Shown: in pieces, positions 61,261 through 64,000 of the stretch
How the letters are laid out: each line of letters starts with the position of its first letter
Position numbering within the stretch: position 1 is the first letter of the stretch
Origin: Isurus oxyrinchus
Lineage: Eukaryota
Assembly (NCBI GenBank): GCA_026770705.1
Contig: JANJGN010000167.1
Location: forward strand, 868,001-932,000
Direction: 5' to 3'
DNA length: 64,000 nucleotides
Position numbers and translations under genes: made by a program
The notes under the pieces: generated by a model
Told to the model about the DNA's origin: nothing
Databases searched by the model: none
Seen by the model: the letters and a program-made list of their open reading frames with translations, nothing else

Positions 61261-64000
61261 TTACATATTAGCCTGAAGCACCTGGGGAAACAAGCAAAAT
61301 ACCCAAACGCACTATGTGATCACTGCTGAGCTATTTGGAAGCGGCACATAATCCGCGTGGGTGTGAATCCAATGATCAGTCATATAAATTATTCTCCCTC
61401 TACTCCCTCTCAGACAATGGCATTATCAAGATTCCCAGCAGAGGTTAAGCGCAAATTTAAAATTCAACAGATGATCCGTAACTATCCATCTGTTTTATTG
61501 TCAACAGATGCAGCCCAAACTACCCAGTATTTCCAGAATCTCTTCTTAAATTTTATTTTAGTTCACGTTCACTCTTGCCAGTTCAGCTTTCCATGGATGC
61601 TTTCCTGGGAAGTAGCACATTATCCCGCACGGCTATAATTGACTCTGTATCAAACAGTTTTTTGAACATCTCCCATTGATTCCAAGAGTATTTGACAACC
61701 TTAACAGCGTATTATGCCAATATTTTGCTTTCATGTCTCAGTATTTTTATTCACCTTCACGTAATTGGGAAATTGTTTTGATATTAATATCCTTGCAAGT
61801 TTCCTTTCGTACTACCTGTTGTAGCTCTTGTTATGTGTTTCCTCATTTTTTCTCTTCCTTGTTTCTTTCCAATTCACCGGAACGTCTGATCTTCTCTACA
61901 TTTACATTTAACTTCAATTTAGCTTATGTTTGTCTTAAGTCTATAACTGCCTCCTTATCAAATCGCTTTTGCAACATCTTACATTGATCCCCAGTGAAGG
62001 ATAACATTCCACCTTTCACACACCATCTGAAACATGAACGACCGACTTGGCGCTGTTTAAATGTGTGAAGTGGGAGCAGCTGGCAGCAATCTCGAGCCTG
62101 CCATTGTCTCATCCCTCACCCTCACCAATAGCTCCTGCTGCACTCGCCCATATGTCATGATCAAAATTCTAGAATCAAACGAATTTTAGTAAATCTCCTG
62201 ATTCATCTGTAATCCATTTCATATTTCAAAGGTGAAAGTGAACATTTCTGAAGACTGAACACAAAGACACTCCTATCAGATGCCCATTATGCACTTCCAC
62301 CAAGACTCTGTTCCATTGATTGTATATGACACATGGATTCAGGGCAGCAATTGGGAACCTATGTTTTCGACACGGCTCCTCTTCAATTTAACCTCACAAT
62401 CCATTTTGTTAACTTGGGTAAAGATTCTCATTGACCATCTCACTCATGATTTCAGCTCAATGCACTGACTGGCCTTCAGTTACATTGCTCATGGTGCTGG
62501 TGATCCGGAGTGCCCTTGTGTTGTACAATACGGTGCGTCTGAGAGTGGAGCAGAGTGATGGACAAGACATGGACGGTGGGGATTGGCCTGAGAATAATGC
62601 AGTAAGTTTGGGTGGGGGTGCATGGGAGGAGCCGATTGCAAATTGGGAGAGTATAGAAGTCAATAAGTAGGATCAGGCGAAATGAAAAAAAAGGAGGAGA
62701 GGTAAGGGAGCGGCAAAAGTAGGAAATGGCCAAGAGGAAAACAGTTATATTAATCATCGATATCAAAGTTATCACCAGTTAAAGCTACATTGACATAACG
62801 TTTCTGAATTCACACGTTATTAAAGAATGCATCACTTTTCAACAACGTTGAGCCAGAATTATGCTCCCAAATGGGGTAATTCCATTACGACACATACTAC
62901 AGTGCAGTAGGCAAAAATGAACATTATTTTACCAACAGTTGTTCCCTCTCAGTTGCATAAATACCTCTAGTTTCTTAGCGGAATATTGTGTGTCTCCTGT
63001 CCTTCGAAATTAAACCAAAATCTAATGGCACAGTTGCTCTCATTTATTGTGCTACAAGGAGAGTCATCAGCAGTTACTGAACTTTGTCAGCAGCTATACA
63101 AAGTTTTCCAGTCTTTTCATCGTGTTCCAAATTTAATTTGGCATTAGAGAATCTAGCGTGAATGATACCCAGCCTGTTCGAATCTAAATCGTGATCTATA
63201 CTTAAAAACCTGGAAGCTGACGGAATACATTTAAATACATCATTGAAGCAACAATTTTTTTAAAAAAACGATCTTCGGAGGAAAACAAATGCAGCCTCAA
63301 TTTGCAAATATTATCACTGCCCATCTGAATGCTCTTCAGCGTTCACAGCGCAGCATCAGTGGAGGTAAACAAAGCGAGCACTTCAGGTCGATGGATTTTC
63401 ATCAGAACTGAAAGAAAATATAAATACAACAGTTTTAAATCCAGTGGATAGCTGGAGGTGGGAGAATGTACAAAAGCGAATATCTGTGAGGGTAGACTGT
63501 TAGGGAGAAAAGGTTTCATGATTGAAAACCTGGAGAGCGTTGTAATGGCAATGGTAAAGAAACAAACAAACACTGTTTCCAGATAAGGTTGTGGATAGCT
63601 GCATAGCAACTGACCGAATGTAACCTGAAGCAATAAAGAAAGAACGGTGATAAAAAAAAGGCAAAAACACATCTGGAAACTGAGGTAATGAAATTTAAAT
63701 CAACGCAACAAAGCCCGAACAAATCATTTCGATTTACGTGGCAATATAAAGAAACGCGATTGAATCAATATTACCTTTGGAGGTTAATGCTTAAGGAAGC
63801 ACCTTGACTTGTTACCGGCGGTAGGAGAGAGCAAAGGAAGGGATTGACTGATTTATGTTACTGTACGTTATGCAGAAAAGAGGGATAAATGCTGGAGATT
63901 TTTAATAAAGAATTTGCCGACTGACCTACTTACAAACCTACAATGTGTGATTCTCAGAATTTAGAACGTTACAAGGAATGAAACGTCTTTCTTTCAAAGG

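Noticed and set aside
62431-62670. ORF with a faint Harbinger-transposase-like C-terminus and a GTAAGT donor
   Set aside because: Similarity is too weak to support by eye.

Overview
Vertebrate genomic DNA, most likely from a cartilaginous fish (shark). This is inferred from the repeat families and the GPCR type. The window has two very different halves. (1) 1-22.4 kb is strongly G/purine-skewed on the + strand. It holds several minisatellites and a ~17 kb modular array (3.1-20.8 kb). The array is a tandem segmental duplication, with copy A at ~3.2-9.6 kb and copy B at ~9.6-19.7 kb. It is built from more than 20 co-oriented, diverged DeuSINE (Deu-domain/3' tail) fragments, GA/CT microsatellites, six paralogous exon-like units and some stem-loops conserved between copies. 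In copy B a single 38-bp unit has expanded into a ~4.4 kb minisatellite. (2) 22.4-64 kb is ordinary AT-rich DNA with two tandem two-exon GPR139/GPR142-like class A GPCR genes. The first has an intact frame but lacks the ECL2 Cys. The second is a probable pseudogene with a broken splice acceptor. This half also contains a decayed Gmr1-type (integrase-before-RT) Gypsy element, many CR1/L2 LINE fragments, Penelope-type termini, a DeuSINE, a probable solo LTR and a decayed tRNA-Ile cassette. Most long ORFs in the supplied track are repeat artefacts. Repeat boundaries were read by eye and are approximate.
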